From: an archaeon
GTDB taxonomy: Archaea; Nanobdellota; Nanobdellia; Woesearchaeales; GW2011-AR9
Direction of reading: 5' to 3'
DNA length: 64,000 bases
NCBI GenBank assembly: GCA_023259115.1
Contig: JAHFQW010000005.1
Coordinates: forward strand, 2,091-66,090
In this document: piece after piece, positions 54,001-62,128 of the stretch
Numbering within the stretch: position 1 is the first letter of the stretch
How the letters are laid out: each line of letters starts with the position of its first letter
The notes under the pieces: generated by a model
The model's database searches: none
Told to the model about the DNA's origin: nothing
The model's input: the letters and a program-made list of their open reading frames with translations, nothing else
Translations under genes and position numbers: made by a program

Positions 54001-56174
54001 TTAAAATCAACAAGAGGATAAGAGACCAATGTATTATTTTCTGTATACCCCACTTCCATCTCTACATCCATCACACTCTGATTCGATTTGATTGGCTGGG
54101 AGTTCCAACATCCGTAATATTCTTTTTTGTCACCAAGAGGTTTGCTTTTGCCGGCGTAGTATTCGTGTTCGGAGTTGCCACAGCAACTGGCAGAGGATTG
54201 GGTGACTTCGAGGTTGTTGCCTAGCCAGGCGTGGTCGCCGTAGAGTTGAGTACATAACTGTTCGCCGTTGACTTCAGTGCTTGGATCGTTGCTGTCAGCA
54301 CCCTCTTTGAGCCAAGAGCTGGATCCCTCTTTTGTGGTGTCTTTGCCAGAACAGAGTGGTTCGCTATCATCTTTGCTCAAATAGATGTTGCGAACTTCTA
54401 TATCATTAGTTGAGGGTTGTGCGCTGATGACAATTGATTTGATACCTTTGAGATCTTTAGGTAGGGGTACTTTGATGTGCATGAATGTGGTGGGATCGAA
54501 GAAGCTATTGGTGGCATAGCCTAAGACATCTTCATTGAAATACGTAAGAGGTTTCTGATCACTTTGGATTGGGCCATCAACTCGTACCGTGAGACCGAGG
54601 GGAAGATTGAGTTTTTCCCAAGAGAGAGGTTCGAAGGTTTTGTCATCTTTCTGCTTGCCAAATTTGACCATGAAATTGAGATAATTGTAGTTGGTGAAAT
54701 CCAAAGAGTACTCTTTGGTGTTGTACGTATCTTTATAATAAGATGATGGGATATCAATGACTTTACCTACACGAGAACTGTCCGTTCCACCTTTATCATC
54801 TTTGAAGAGGGGGAGAGTGTAGAGTGCTTCTCCTTGAAAACGGCCTTTGAGACCGATGTTTTTTCGACTGGAGAGTTCGTTGGCACACTCCGCCCAACTC
54901 CAATGATTCCCTTCGCGATAGCATTGGAAGCGATTGGCAGTTTTGAGTAAGTCTTCGTAGATGCCATTACCACCGGGAGAGGCGGGTTGTAGGTTAGTTG
55001 TTTTGTCTTGACATTTTTGCCAGGTTTCACCGTTGGAGACGATATCATACGGTTCTTGGTCGGTATTGATGGTGAGAATGGCAAACTGGGCGTTGGCATT
55101 CGATGCGGACAGCCAGGTGTAATCGCTCTTTTTATCATTATTACTTTTGTCAAAGGGGGGATTTTTTATAGCTGGGTCGTATTTAACGTGCTCTTTATCA
55201 ACGCAGATATATTGGCTGAAGCCACCTTTCGCGGTGATGACTGTACCAATATCATTAGGGTCGTCACCACAGCAGTTGTTTTTGTTGTCTTTGTCTTGCA
55301 TCCAGGCGAATGAGAGATGTTGTTGGTTTTGATCGGGATTTTCGCAGGCATCTTTGTCATCATTAGGAGTTAATGCGTCTTTGTCATCGCAATTGTTGTC
55401 TACGCCGTCACCTGCAACTTCTTTGGCAGCAGGATTGATGCAGATGGCACAAGAAGAATATTTTTGATTGCTACAATCTGTTGGAGATTCGATATCTGTA
55501 CAGAAGCTAGAATCTTTTGAAGGTTCATCAGTACAATCACCTTGTTCTTTAGTTATACCATCATGATCTTGATCTGAACCAAGGTCTTGCCATTGAGCAA
55601 TATTATCTTTGATGGAGCATTGGAATAGTTTCCCACCCCCCCATGTTTTTGCATATTTTTTTTCTGTTTTTCCTTTTTTGGCTACGTCATCTGTGCACAC
55701 GTGCCAATAGCTATCGTATCCGCATACACCTTGGCCACCAACAACTCGTATCTGATTACTATGGATAATATTACGATAATCATCACTATCTTGTAGGTCA
55801 GAATAAGAATTCGCATCATATATTTTGCGATCATATGAAGTTAGTGTGCCACTAGTAAAAACCCCATATCCGTAAGAATCGGAATCGTCAATAACATCAC
55901 CACAACTATCATCTTCAACACCAAAAAAATAACACCCGCCGATAGTAAATGTAGTTGGCCAGCCTGACCCTTCGTTACAACCAACGCCTTTAAAAGAGCC
56001 AAGGTCATTTTCAAAAGAAGCGTCATAATCCGCGTTATCGTTCCCCCCATCATCATCTCCATGTGCAAAAAGATTTTGATATTTTGGTTCATCCACTGCA
56101 TGGACAGAATGAAATGAGAAAATAACTATAAGTAGAAATAACACTACGAAAAACATACCTCTTTTTTTGTTCAT
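51084..56174 (-). CDS. giant (1696 aa) secreted Cys-rich protein
   Basis: Signal peptide MNKKRGMFFVVLFLLIVIFSFHSVHA. Recurrent CCG(D/N) motifs and GDGVDNNCDD. No C-terminal TM segment. Confidence 0.7.
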   Translation of the reverse strand: MNKKRGMFFVVLFLLIVIFSFHSVHAVDEPKYQNLFAHGDDDGGNDNADYDASFENDLGSFKGVGCNEGSGWPTTFTIGGCYFFGVEDDSCGDVIDDSDSYGYGVFTSGTLTSYDRKIYDANSYSDLQDSDDYRNIIHSNQIRVVGGQGVCGYDSYWHVCTDDVAKKGKTEKKYAKTWGGGKLFQCSIKDNIAQWQDLGSDQDHDGITKEQGDCTDEPSKDSSFCTDIESPTDCSNQKYSSCAICINPAAKEVAGDGVDNNCDDKDALTPNDDKDACENPDQNQQHLSFAWMQDKDNKNNCCGDDPNDIGTVITAKGGFSQYICVDKEHVKYDPAIKNPPFDKSNNDKKSDYTWLSASNANAQFAILTINTDQEPYDIVSNGETWQKCQDKTTNLQPASPGGNGIYEDLLKTANRFQCYREGNHWSWAECANELSSRKNIGLKGRFQGEALYTLPLFKDDKGGTDSSRVGKVIDIPSSYYKDTYNTKEYSLDFTNYNYLNFMVKFGKQKDDKTFEPLSWEKLNLPLGLTVRVDGPIQSDQKPLTYFNEDVLGYATNSFFDPTTFMHIKVPLPKDLKGIKSIVISAQPSTNDIEVRNIYLSKDDSEPLCSGKDTTKEGSSSWLKEGADSNDPSTEVNGEQLCTQLYGDHAWLGNNLEVTQSSASCCGNSEHEYYAGKSKPLGDKKEYYGCWNSQPIKSNQSVMDVEMEVGYTENNTLVSYPLVDFNWFLDVKQDSSISYCSKDKENTPGYPSKCDFPFNPVTNIQSYSLSIIPGYYNDIHAISGLSWSNYNEFKSDQTYAYFTFAREGKKVGNTPPLFFAAECDTHLTNCPHPESLINQFIDKVNLSLLSEEQYSPHQPHKINMNLYGFVLNSKKEKTKFEENNLIFGEKRILFSFARFGNYADLFAITSDNPDIRIDIIDDSLLSNISVVASTQKINISLTNTPKNQNLLYPCSSSTCLYPLPGLPPYTITNPHPDLYELYFIEKDDKGNLKETLIDSTHNNFKTTGNIKAKKVAQQVLFTSDGLTAGFYGCNAAEYLIANNKITATNNKPSCSTLGQKFCAPSAQRGETKDAFTVISSWDDTPLTEIGYQHVIPTNGKTTDGNSFDLSTYQPLLQNIKDTPIPPMQRNHTSQVLPTRNFIPNAEFQMQFDTIPHWEIRKSDGTNLKDEYLRSKDKTLTLEKDETLISERISLPKNTNIQFTYKGKCITKISLAGKEPLPLSSSPFDTADASYITLQFIGPCTLNQPLLQSIDELGAVQEYNYQNPEKISRAGLSCCPDNSCWNGYACVQSMDTSSFYAEHISAGRDYRCINGEWTKSSLKWDWNGEQWGFCSKNNQCFVSPSSSSEDNTKRLSYTASDFTKGNTPLCINDKESILDHYCDNGQWTSRTKSVAAKLLEIAQSDEYILSCSPPQNALLEFDNKENYIFGIQPPPLASQPLGLGQKTTTTTTPTQNVCFKLNDPTGKLVPPKDNTCINNICILKYKENGKFTTAFGTTLNKPLDDKESFLNALNIPPDKLKVCQSNNQDTFVKCNLDNLGIPGDLWYDPNLNALIYSKTPLTASGNIIDQITSWFKNLFDKKTTSSEQFPLLTQAKNMKEIYLSTIAGHKVSAIKEVQGNNQTLIAEYENFDTSICEYINHLTPTDSSLKIELLEKATGKKYISCTQNDNIQRVEANKGLDFFWPMLTNNLRINTTES

Positions 56175-56202
56175 GGGATTATATATAACTAAAATAAGTA
56201 CG

Positions 56203-56210
56203 TTTATAAA
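56203..56210 (-). promoter_or_regulatory. TATA-box-like element upstream of the 1696-aa gene
   Basis: TTTATAAA, 29 nt upstream of the ATG at 56174. Confidence 0.35.
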
Positions 56211-56250
56211 TATAGCGCCATAGATTTTGTTAAATTCAGCAAAGAATAAA

Positions 56251-56808
56251 TCAAGGTTCTGGGCAATCGCTACTTTTCACAAAACAATCTTTATACCAGG
56301 GTTTTACCCATTCAAGATGTTGGCATTCGTCTTTGCCAGGGTATTCTTGTGAAGTTTCCAAGAGAAGATTGTCAACTAAACGAACACCCTTATTGGTTTT
56401 TATTGCGTATAAACTGGGGTTCTTACTTAAAGCACAAATATAAGGGTTGTAACAAGCTGGTTTAGGAGTGCTAGGGTCTAAATCGGTTTTAGAAAATGAT
56501 CTAACTAATTGAGCAGAATTATTTTGAAGTAAAGTCATGAAGTCTTCTTTTGTTTTACCGACTTCGCAATTTCCTACTTCCCAGAAATATAATTTGGTGT
56601 TTGTATTAGAACTGCTCTTCACATCTCCCCCATACGTACTCTGTGTCTGACAGAGGCCTTGCACACATATTCTATCCCCTTTACAATCGGTGTCTTTAGA
56701 ACAAGAAGTTGGGTCTGGAGTGGATGTTTGACAGTTGTAGCTACATAAGGATAATCCACTGAGGAGAGCGACTTTGCTTAAGAGGTTGTCAAGTGACATT
56801 GTAGACAC
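56251..56808 (-). CDS. small secreted or lipoprotein-like Cys-rich protein
   Basis: N-terminal hydrophobic segment LLSGLSLCSYNC, then CSKDTDCKGDRICVQGLCQ. The start is GTG 56808 or ATG 56799. Confidence 0.55.
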   Translation of the reverse strand: MSTMSLDNLLSKVALLSGLSLCSYNCQTSTPDPTSCSKDTDCKGDRICVQGLCQTQSTYGGDVKSSSNTNTKLYFWEVGNCEVGKTKEDFMTLLQNNSAQLVRSFSKTDLDPSTPKPACYNPYICALSKNPSLYAIKTNKGVRLVDNLLLETSQEYPGKDECQHLEWVKPWYKDCFVKSSDCPEP

Positions 56809-56923
56809 TTTAAAGTGGTGTTTGTATATAAATGTTGTGGTGGGAAATGGGTTTTTGAATTCGAATTTAAATATTCTATTTTTCTTATTAAAATTATGAA
56901 AAAAACAAATAATTGTCCTCAGA

Positions 56924-57182
56924 ATGGGACTTGTACCGATTTTAAAGAGAAATGGTGTTTTGAAAGCAGGTATTTTTGGTTCATATGCCCGAGGAGAACA
57001 AAAGAAACAAAGTGATGTAGATATCTTAATAAAATTTAAATGAAAGAAAAGTTTGTTAGATTTAGTGGGCTTGAAATTAGATCTTAAAAAAAAGTAAGAA
57101 AAATATAGATTTGGTTGAATATCTCACGATACATCCTAAACTTAAAAAAGAAATTTTGAATGAGGAGATACAGATTTTATGA
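56924..57182 (+). pseudogene. decayed MNT-type nucleotidyltransferase (antitoxin) gene
   Basis: MGLVPILKRNGVLKAGIFGSYARGEQKKQSDVDILIKFK, then an in-frame TGA (57040-57042). The same frame continues KKSLLDLVGLKLDLKKK, then TAA. The rest (NIDLVEYLTIHPKLKKEILNEEIQIL) is in another frame, after an A-run. Confidence 0.65.
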
Positions 57183-57298
57183 AAAGAGATACAAAAGTAT
57201 TATTGGAAGATATTTTACAAAGTATTGTATTAATTGATTCGTATGTGAAGAATTTAACAAAGGAAAAATTTACATTTACTGCTGTTTTTATAGATTAA
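57179..57298 (+). pseudogene. N-terminal fragment of a HepT (DUF86/HEPN) toxin gene
   Basis: MKRDTKVLLEDILQSIVLIDSYVKNLTKEKF... stops after 39 codons, and no Rx4-6H HEPN motif region follows. The ATGA start-stop overlap with the MNT remnant is preserved. Confidence 0.55.
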
Positions 57299-57314
57299 TT
57301 GTTTAAGTCGTAAA

Positions 57315-57845
57315 TTACAATCCGATGACTCTTCCAAATGCTTCTAAATCTTTTTTCGAGCGCATGTCTGTTGAGTCTATACTGAAATTGGAGAAGAGGG
57401 TTTTGACTTTATATTTTTGGCATAGTTGGGCATTGAACATCATGCGGCCTAATATTTTTCCACGGGAAGTTGAGGGACTGTTGAGTAGAGAGGAGAAAGA
57501 GAAGCCAATTATTTTTCCAGTGTCATGGGCGATTTTACAGAGGATGTTATCTAATCCGCCACGAGGGTAATGGAGATGATCTTTTGGGTGGATTGTTTCG
57601 ATACCTGTGATTAGGTCTGCTTTTGTTTTTTCTAAGACAAAGCGAAGCATTTCTTCAGAAGTGGCGCGATAGATAATGAGTAATTTCTTTGCGTGGGCTA
57701 TATCGATTTGGCGTACGAGTTGTTTTTTGTCATCGCCTTCTAGAATCTTAACATTCTGGTCAATGAAGAATGTTTTTTCAAAGCCGAGATTTTGGCTGAG
57801 TGCTTGGGCTTGCGGACTAGAGTGTGTGAGTATAATATTATCCAT
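57315..57845 (-). CDS. rnp3: RNase P protein component 3 (Rpp30/Rnp3)
   Basis: GLDNILCKIAHDTGKIIGFSFSSLL...RGKILGRMMFNAQLCQKYKVKTLFSNFS...MRSKKDLEAFGRVIGL parallels archaeal Rpp30. Confidence 0.7.
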   Translation of the reverse strand: MDNIILTHSSPQAQALSQNLGFEKTFFIDQNVKILEGDDKKQLVRQIDIAHAKKLLIIYRATSEEMLRFVLEKTKADLITGIETIHPKDHLHYPRGGLDNILCKIAHDTGKIIGFSFSSLLNSPSTSRGKILGRMMFNAQLCQKYKVKTLFSNFSIDSTDMRSKKDLEAFGRVIGL

Positions 57846-57973
57846 ACTTGGTTCAAAATAGGTGCCTATTAAAAACTTTACTACTTATTGGGAAATATAG
57901 AGGAAATATTTATAAAATAGGTTGGGAAATGGAATGATAACTCGTGCCTTGTTAGAAGACGCGGGTGACAAAT

Positions 57974-58177
57974 ATGGAAATTACTGTAATCAAAGAAAGA
58001 GATAGGACTACGTGCAAAATTATGTTTGCGGGAAAGACAGCAGGAGAGCTTCTGAGAGAAATTAAAGTTAATGTGGAGACTGTTCTTGTGGTGAGAAATA
58101 ATGAAGTTATCACAGAAGATGTGCTGTTAGAAGATAAAGATATTCTGGAACTGTTGAGTGTGGTGTCGGGGGGTTAG
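57974..58177 (+). CDS. ubiquitin-like small sulfur carrier (ThiS/MoaD/SAMP family) ending in Gly-Gly
   Basis: 67 aa with a beta-grasp-like pattern. The C-terminus is DKDILELLSVVSGG, followed by a stop. Confidence 0.75.
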   Translation: MEITVIKERDRTTCKIMFAGKTAGELLREIKVNVETVLVVRNNEVITEDVLLEDKDILELLSVVSGG

Positions 58178-58178
58178 A

Positions 58179-59111
58179 ATGAAGTGTCAGATGTGTGAAA
58201 AACAAGCAGTGATGAAGCTGCAGCATGGAGATTTGTGTAAGACTCATTTTATTGATTATTTTGAAGAAAAGGTGTTTAAGACGATTAAAAAGTACCAATT
58301 GGTAGGAAGGCAAGAAGTGTTGTGTGTGGCGGCGTCAGGAGGGAAAGATTCTCTTACGGTGCTGTATTTAACCAAAAAATATATTGAGAAAAATCAGTTG
58401 AATGTTTCTTTATTTGCGCTTGCTATTGATGAAGGGATTGCGAATTACCGAGCAAAGACGCTGGAGGATTTGAAGCAGTTCTGTGATGAATATAACATTG
58501 TGCTGCATGTTGTTTCAACTAAGGAGGAGTTTGGCGCAACACTTGATGAGGCGTATCCGATTGTGAATAGAGGCACAAAAAAGAAGCCGTGTAATGTGTG
58601 TGGGGTGTGGCGACGCTATTTATTGAATAAACATGCACGAAGATTGGGGGCGACAAAAGTAATAACAGGACATAATTTGGATGATGAGGCACAAGCGATT
58701 ATGATGAATATGTTTAAAGCAAATACAGATTTGGCGGCGCATTTAGGGCCGGTGTCTGGAGTGTATGAACATGGGTTGTTTGTGCAGCGAGTGAAACCGT
58801 TGTATATGTGTTTGGAAAAAGAGACAAGATTGTATGCGTTGCTCAAGGGTTTCCAAGTGGAGTTTACAGAGTGTCCTTATTCAAATGAGGGGTTTCGATC
58901 GCAGATTCAAGATATGCTCAATGATTTTGAAGCAAAATATAGAGGTACAAAACAGGGTATTATTAATTCTTTTTTAGCGATGCTGCCGTTACTTAAAGAG
59001 AAAGCAAAGCAACAAGAGGAAGAGATACAACAATGTGTGAAATGCGGCGAGCCGGCGCATCAAGAAGTGTGTAATGCGTGTAAGATTGTTGAGGTGCTGG
59101 CACATGGATGA
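58179..59111 (+). CDS. TtuA/NcsA/Ctu1-family tRNA 2-thiolation PP-loop ATPase
   Basis: N-terminal zinc finger CQMC..CKTH and PP-loop AASGGKDS. Fe-S ligand motifs CNVCGVWRR and ECPY. C-terminal zinc finger CVKCGE..CNAC. The start lies 2 nt after the carrier-gene stop. Confidence 0.8.
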   Translation: MKCQMCEKQAVMKLQHGDLCKTHFIDYFEEKVFKTIKKYQLVGRQEVLCVAASGGKDSLTVLYLTKKYIEKNQLNVSLFALAIDEGIANYRAKTLEDLKQFCDEYNIVLHVVSTKEEFGATLDEAYPIVNRGTKKKPCNVCGVWRRYLLNKHARRLGATKVITGHNLDDEAQAIMMNMFKANTDLAAHLGPVSGVYEHGLFVQRVKPLYMCLEKETRLYALLKGFQVEFTECPYSNEGFRSQIQDMLNDFEAKYRGTKQGIINSFLAMLPLLKEKAKQQEEEIQQCVKCGEPAHQEVCNACKIVEVLAHG

Positions 59112-60126
59112 GGGGAAAGGAGAGGGGGAGGACCAGAGTGAGAGGAATGGAGGAAAGAAGAATGAGTGGGGAGAGAAGTATAGTAGACAAATTATATTGC
59201 CAGAAATAGGTCTAGAGGGTCAACGAAGGATTAACGAAGCAAAAGTGGCAATTGTGGGATTGGGGGCATTAGGATCGGTTGCGGCGGAGTTGTTGGTGCG
59301 AGCAGGAGTCGGAAATTTAATTTTGATTGATCGGGATGTGATTGAAGATTCTAATTTGCCACGACAGGCATTGTATGTTGAAGAAGATGTGGGAAAGAGT
59401 AAAGTTATGGCAGCAAAGAAAAGACTACAGGAGATTAATTCAAGAGTGAAGCTGGAAGAATATGCGATTCATTTGAATTATAGAAATATTAATTTACTGC
59501 AACAAGCAGATATTGTTTTGGATTGTACGGATAATTTGAAGACGAGATTTTTGATAAATGAGTATTGTAAGAAAGAGAAGAAGAAGTGGATTTATGCAGC
59601 GACAATTAAAACGAAGGGGTATGTGATGTCGATTTTTCCGAGCGGTCCGTGTGTGGAGTGTTTTTTGAGTGAGAAAGTAGGAGAGACGTGTGATACGAGC
59701 GGGGTTGTTAATACAATTACATTTTCGATTGCAGGGCTGCAGGTTACCGAGGCGTTGAAAATTATTGTGGGAAAAGAGGTTGAATCGAGATTGTATTATT
59801 ATGATATTTGGCAACCGGAGATGAGACAATTGCAGATACCTAAAAATAAAAACTGTTTGGCGTGCCAAGGGGAGTTTAGATATCTTAGAGGTGATGACCA
59901 AGAATCGATGATTAAGTTTTGTTCTTCAGGGAGATATCAGATTTTAGGAAAGAAGGTGGATTTGTATGTGATGAGAGAGAGGTGGAAGATGATTGGTCCA
60001 GTTGTCGATGAAGGGGTGGCGCTGCATTTTAAGAATATTATTTTGTTTGCGGATGGACGAGTATTGATTAAAGCAAAATCAGAAGAAGAGGCACGAGGGA
60101 CGTATTCGAAGTGGGTGGGAAATTAG
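59104..60126 (+). CDS. E1-like adenylyltransferase (ThiF/MoeB/UbaA family) with a C-terminal extension
   Basis: YSRQIILPEIGLEGQRRINEAKVAIVGLGALGS...DRDVIEDSNLPRQ, with CxxC pairs CVEC and CLAC. The gene overlaps the upstream gene by 8 nt. Confidence 0.8.
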   Translation: MDEGKGEGEDQSERNGGKKNEWGEKYSRQIILPEIGLEGQRRINEAKVAIVGLGALGSVAAELLVRAGVGNLILIDRDVIEDSNLPRQALYVEEDVGKSKVMAAKKRLQEINSRVKLEEYAIHLNYRNINLLQQADIVLDCTDNLKTRFLINEYCKKEKKKWIYAATIKTKGYVMSIFPSGPCVECFLSEKVGETCDTSGVVNTITFSIAGLQVTEALKIIVGKEVESRLYYYDIWQPEMRQLQIPKNKNCLACQGEFRYLRGDDQESMIKFCSSGRYQILGKKVDLYVMRERWKMIGPVVDEGVALHFKNIILFADGRVLIKAKSEEEARGTYSKWVGN

Positions 60127-61034
60127 GGGTGAGATTGCGCGTGAGGTGGGCAACTGGGTTGAATGAGATTTGGTTGCCCACGAATATGGTTATTTAGGAG
60201 CAGTTCATAAGAACCAGTCTTGCCATTAATATCCGAGTAGTTTTTGAATGAACGTAAGGTGACGAAATGGCCTAGGGCATTTTCTGAGCAGTATTTCATC
60301 ACATTCTTTATGGACATGAACATTATTTTAAGATAGGAAATGTCAGCTTTTACTAAGGGGTCTATATTTTGATTGAAGAGTTCTTCTGGGCCAAAAAGAC
60401 GATAAAGAAGTTTGGTATCTTCTTTCGAGAAAGGGCAATGATCATAATCGATATGTGTGCCTTGTTGTTGGTAATGAGGGGTTTCATGTTTGTAAGGAGA
60501 GCCGGGAGATGTTTCGATGTGAGAAGTAGGATTACGACGCTCTGGCTCATAGGAGCGAAAATTACGAAAATATGATGTTTTGTTCTGAGGGTTTATGCAG
60601 AGATAATCGTACATGCCCTCAGAATAGGTTTGGCGAATGGTGTATAAATCAATTATAGTGGTTTGGGGATCGATGAGTGCTTTTTGTAGTGCGTCTTCTT
60701 TGATTTTTAGACCGTGCCAGACACTCTTAAATTGAAAGTCTTCGGAGATTTTTTTGATGCAATCGGTTTGAAATAGAGGATTGTGAGTGATACGAGTAAT
60801 AGCAAGTTTGGGAAGATTATTCTCTACAAAATAGATGAAAAAATCGCCGGTGGTGTAATTTTTATCGTGGAGGAGAGGATTTTGAGAACGTTGGGTGACC
60901 AGTTCATCAACATGACAAACGGTGGATATATCTATTTGCTGGCAATGGGCTGCGAAAAAGTATTCACTATCTTTTAATTTTTCTTTTTGAGTGGCAAGAG
61001 GGGGGATGTCGATGAGGGAGTCTAGACTAGGCAT
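60123..61034 (-). CDS. hypothetical protein (303 aa)
   Basis: ORF only; no motif recognised. Confidence 0.45.
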   Translation of the reverse strand: MPSLDSLIDIPPLATQKEKLKDSEYFFAAHCQQIDISTVCHVDELVTQRSQNPLLHDKNYTTGDFFIYFVENNLPKLAITRITHNPLFQTDCIKKISEDFQFKSVWHGLKIKEDALQKALIDPQTTIIDLYTIRQTYSEGMYDYLCINPQNKTSYFRNFRSYEPERRNPTSHIETSPGSPYKHETPHYQQQGTHIDYDHCPFSKEDTKLLYRLFGPEELFNQNIDPLVKADISYLKIMFMSIKNVMKYCSENALGHFVTLRSFKNYSDINGKTGSYELLLNNHIRGQPNLIQPSCPPHAQSHP

Positions 61035-61082
61035 GTCAGAGTGAAATAAGAAAGGGTTAAATAGTTTTTGATACTCAAAGAC

Positions 61083-61907
61083 TTATATTCTTTGAAACAG
61101 TTCTAATGAGGAGTTGATCTCAGTTTGAGAATAGGCGATTAATGGGCGTAAAACCATTATAGACGTATCGTATTTTTTATACGTCTCAAAATGCTGGCCG
61201 CTGATGAGGATTTTGCGATGTGCAAGTTGCTCGATTTCTGGAAAATTTTTGATGAGTTGAAGTTTTAATGGGATAGGGCTATATTTTTGCAACAGAGAGA
61301 GGTCTTGAGGTTGGAATCCCAGAGGGATTAGATTGCAACCGCGTTTCATGATTGAGAGGCCGGCAAGTAAGGAGGCAGGATTTTCTATCAATAAGAAAAC
61401 TTGACCTTCGACTCCCGTGGGTAAGCCGCCGGCACAAGGAATAATTTGAGTGAAGATATACGCGGCATCGTGGCCGATTTCGATGTTAATTATAGTTGAG
61501 GCTTGTTTGAGGGAAAACGTAAGAGAGGTTGTTTGTTCGATTTGTTCGCCAATGAGGCGATTGATTTGTGGTGAGGTGAGTGGAAATTGTTTGTCGGAGC
61601 GATTGGTATCGATACGAAATGTGCTTGTTGAGGGGAGGTCTTTTACTATTTCGAGGATGATTTGGGTGATGAGGTGAATGTCTTTTTGTGTCTGGATGCA
61701 AGGAGAGTAAGAAGTCAGACCGAAGATGCGACGCAGCTGATGGTGATGTGGGAAATAATCCATGAGCAGACGGCTGTGAGGTGTAGAGATAGGTTGGCCA
61801 GGGATTTGGCGCTGGATGTTTTGAACGAGGGCTTTTTCAAAGAAATGACGGTTTTTGCCTTTTAAGAAGAGTTCGCCGTAGCGTAATAAGAGGTGGGTGT
61901 GAGCCAT
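61083..61907 (-). CDS. ThiI-like THUMP-domain protein with a degenerate, truncated PP-loop domain
   Basis: N-terminus LLLRYGELFLKGKNRHFFEKAL matches ThiI. The GGLPTG linker is present. The position of LSGGIDSPVA reads LIENPASLLAG, and the protein ends about 100 aa later. Confidence 0.6.
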   Translation of the reverse strand: MAHTHLLLRYGELFLKGKNRHFFEKALVQNIQRQIPGQPISTPHSRLLMDYFPHHHQLRRIFGLTSYSPCIQTQKDIHLITQIILEIVKDLPSTSTFRIDTNRSDKQFPLTSPQINRLIGEQIEQTTSLTFSLKQASTIINIEIGHDAAYIFTQIIPCAGGLPTGVEGQVFLLIENPASLLAGLSIMKRGCNLIPLGFQPQDLSLLQKYSPIPLKLQLIKNFPEIEQLAHRKILISGQHFETYKKYDTSIMVLRPLIAYSQTEINSSLELFQRI

Positions 61908-62128
61908 GGGTTCTTTTGGGTGAGGGTTATTTATAAAGCATTCCTTGGGATTTTTCGTTTCGGGTAGATGGATTGTAGACGATATTCCATCGGAAATGGA
62001 GGAGTGGGTTTGAGAGAGAGGTATATATAAAGCATATGTTTGTTGAGGAAGTACGTATTTATAAAGGTAATATTTAAATACTCAATAGGCCTTTTTAAAG
62101 CATTAATATATGTTGGGGGGATCCAGAT

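Noticed and set aside
40600-56101. Numerous 60-176-aa ORFs on both strands inside the giant genes (for example 45064..45594, 44186..44548, 54767..55153)
   Set aside because: They are nested within or antisense to the long uninterrupted 2175-, 418-, 836- and 1696-aa frames. They have no independent signals.
57040-57042. The in-frame TGA in the MNT-like gene as evidence of stop-codon recoding or an alternative genetic code
   Set aside because: The MNT frame also carries a TAA and a frame change, so gene decay is the simpler explanation. Elsewhere in the window TGA closes ORFs at positions consistent with full-length proteins, for example the TtuA-like gene and both TRASH mini-genes.
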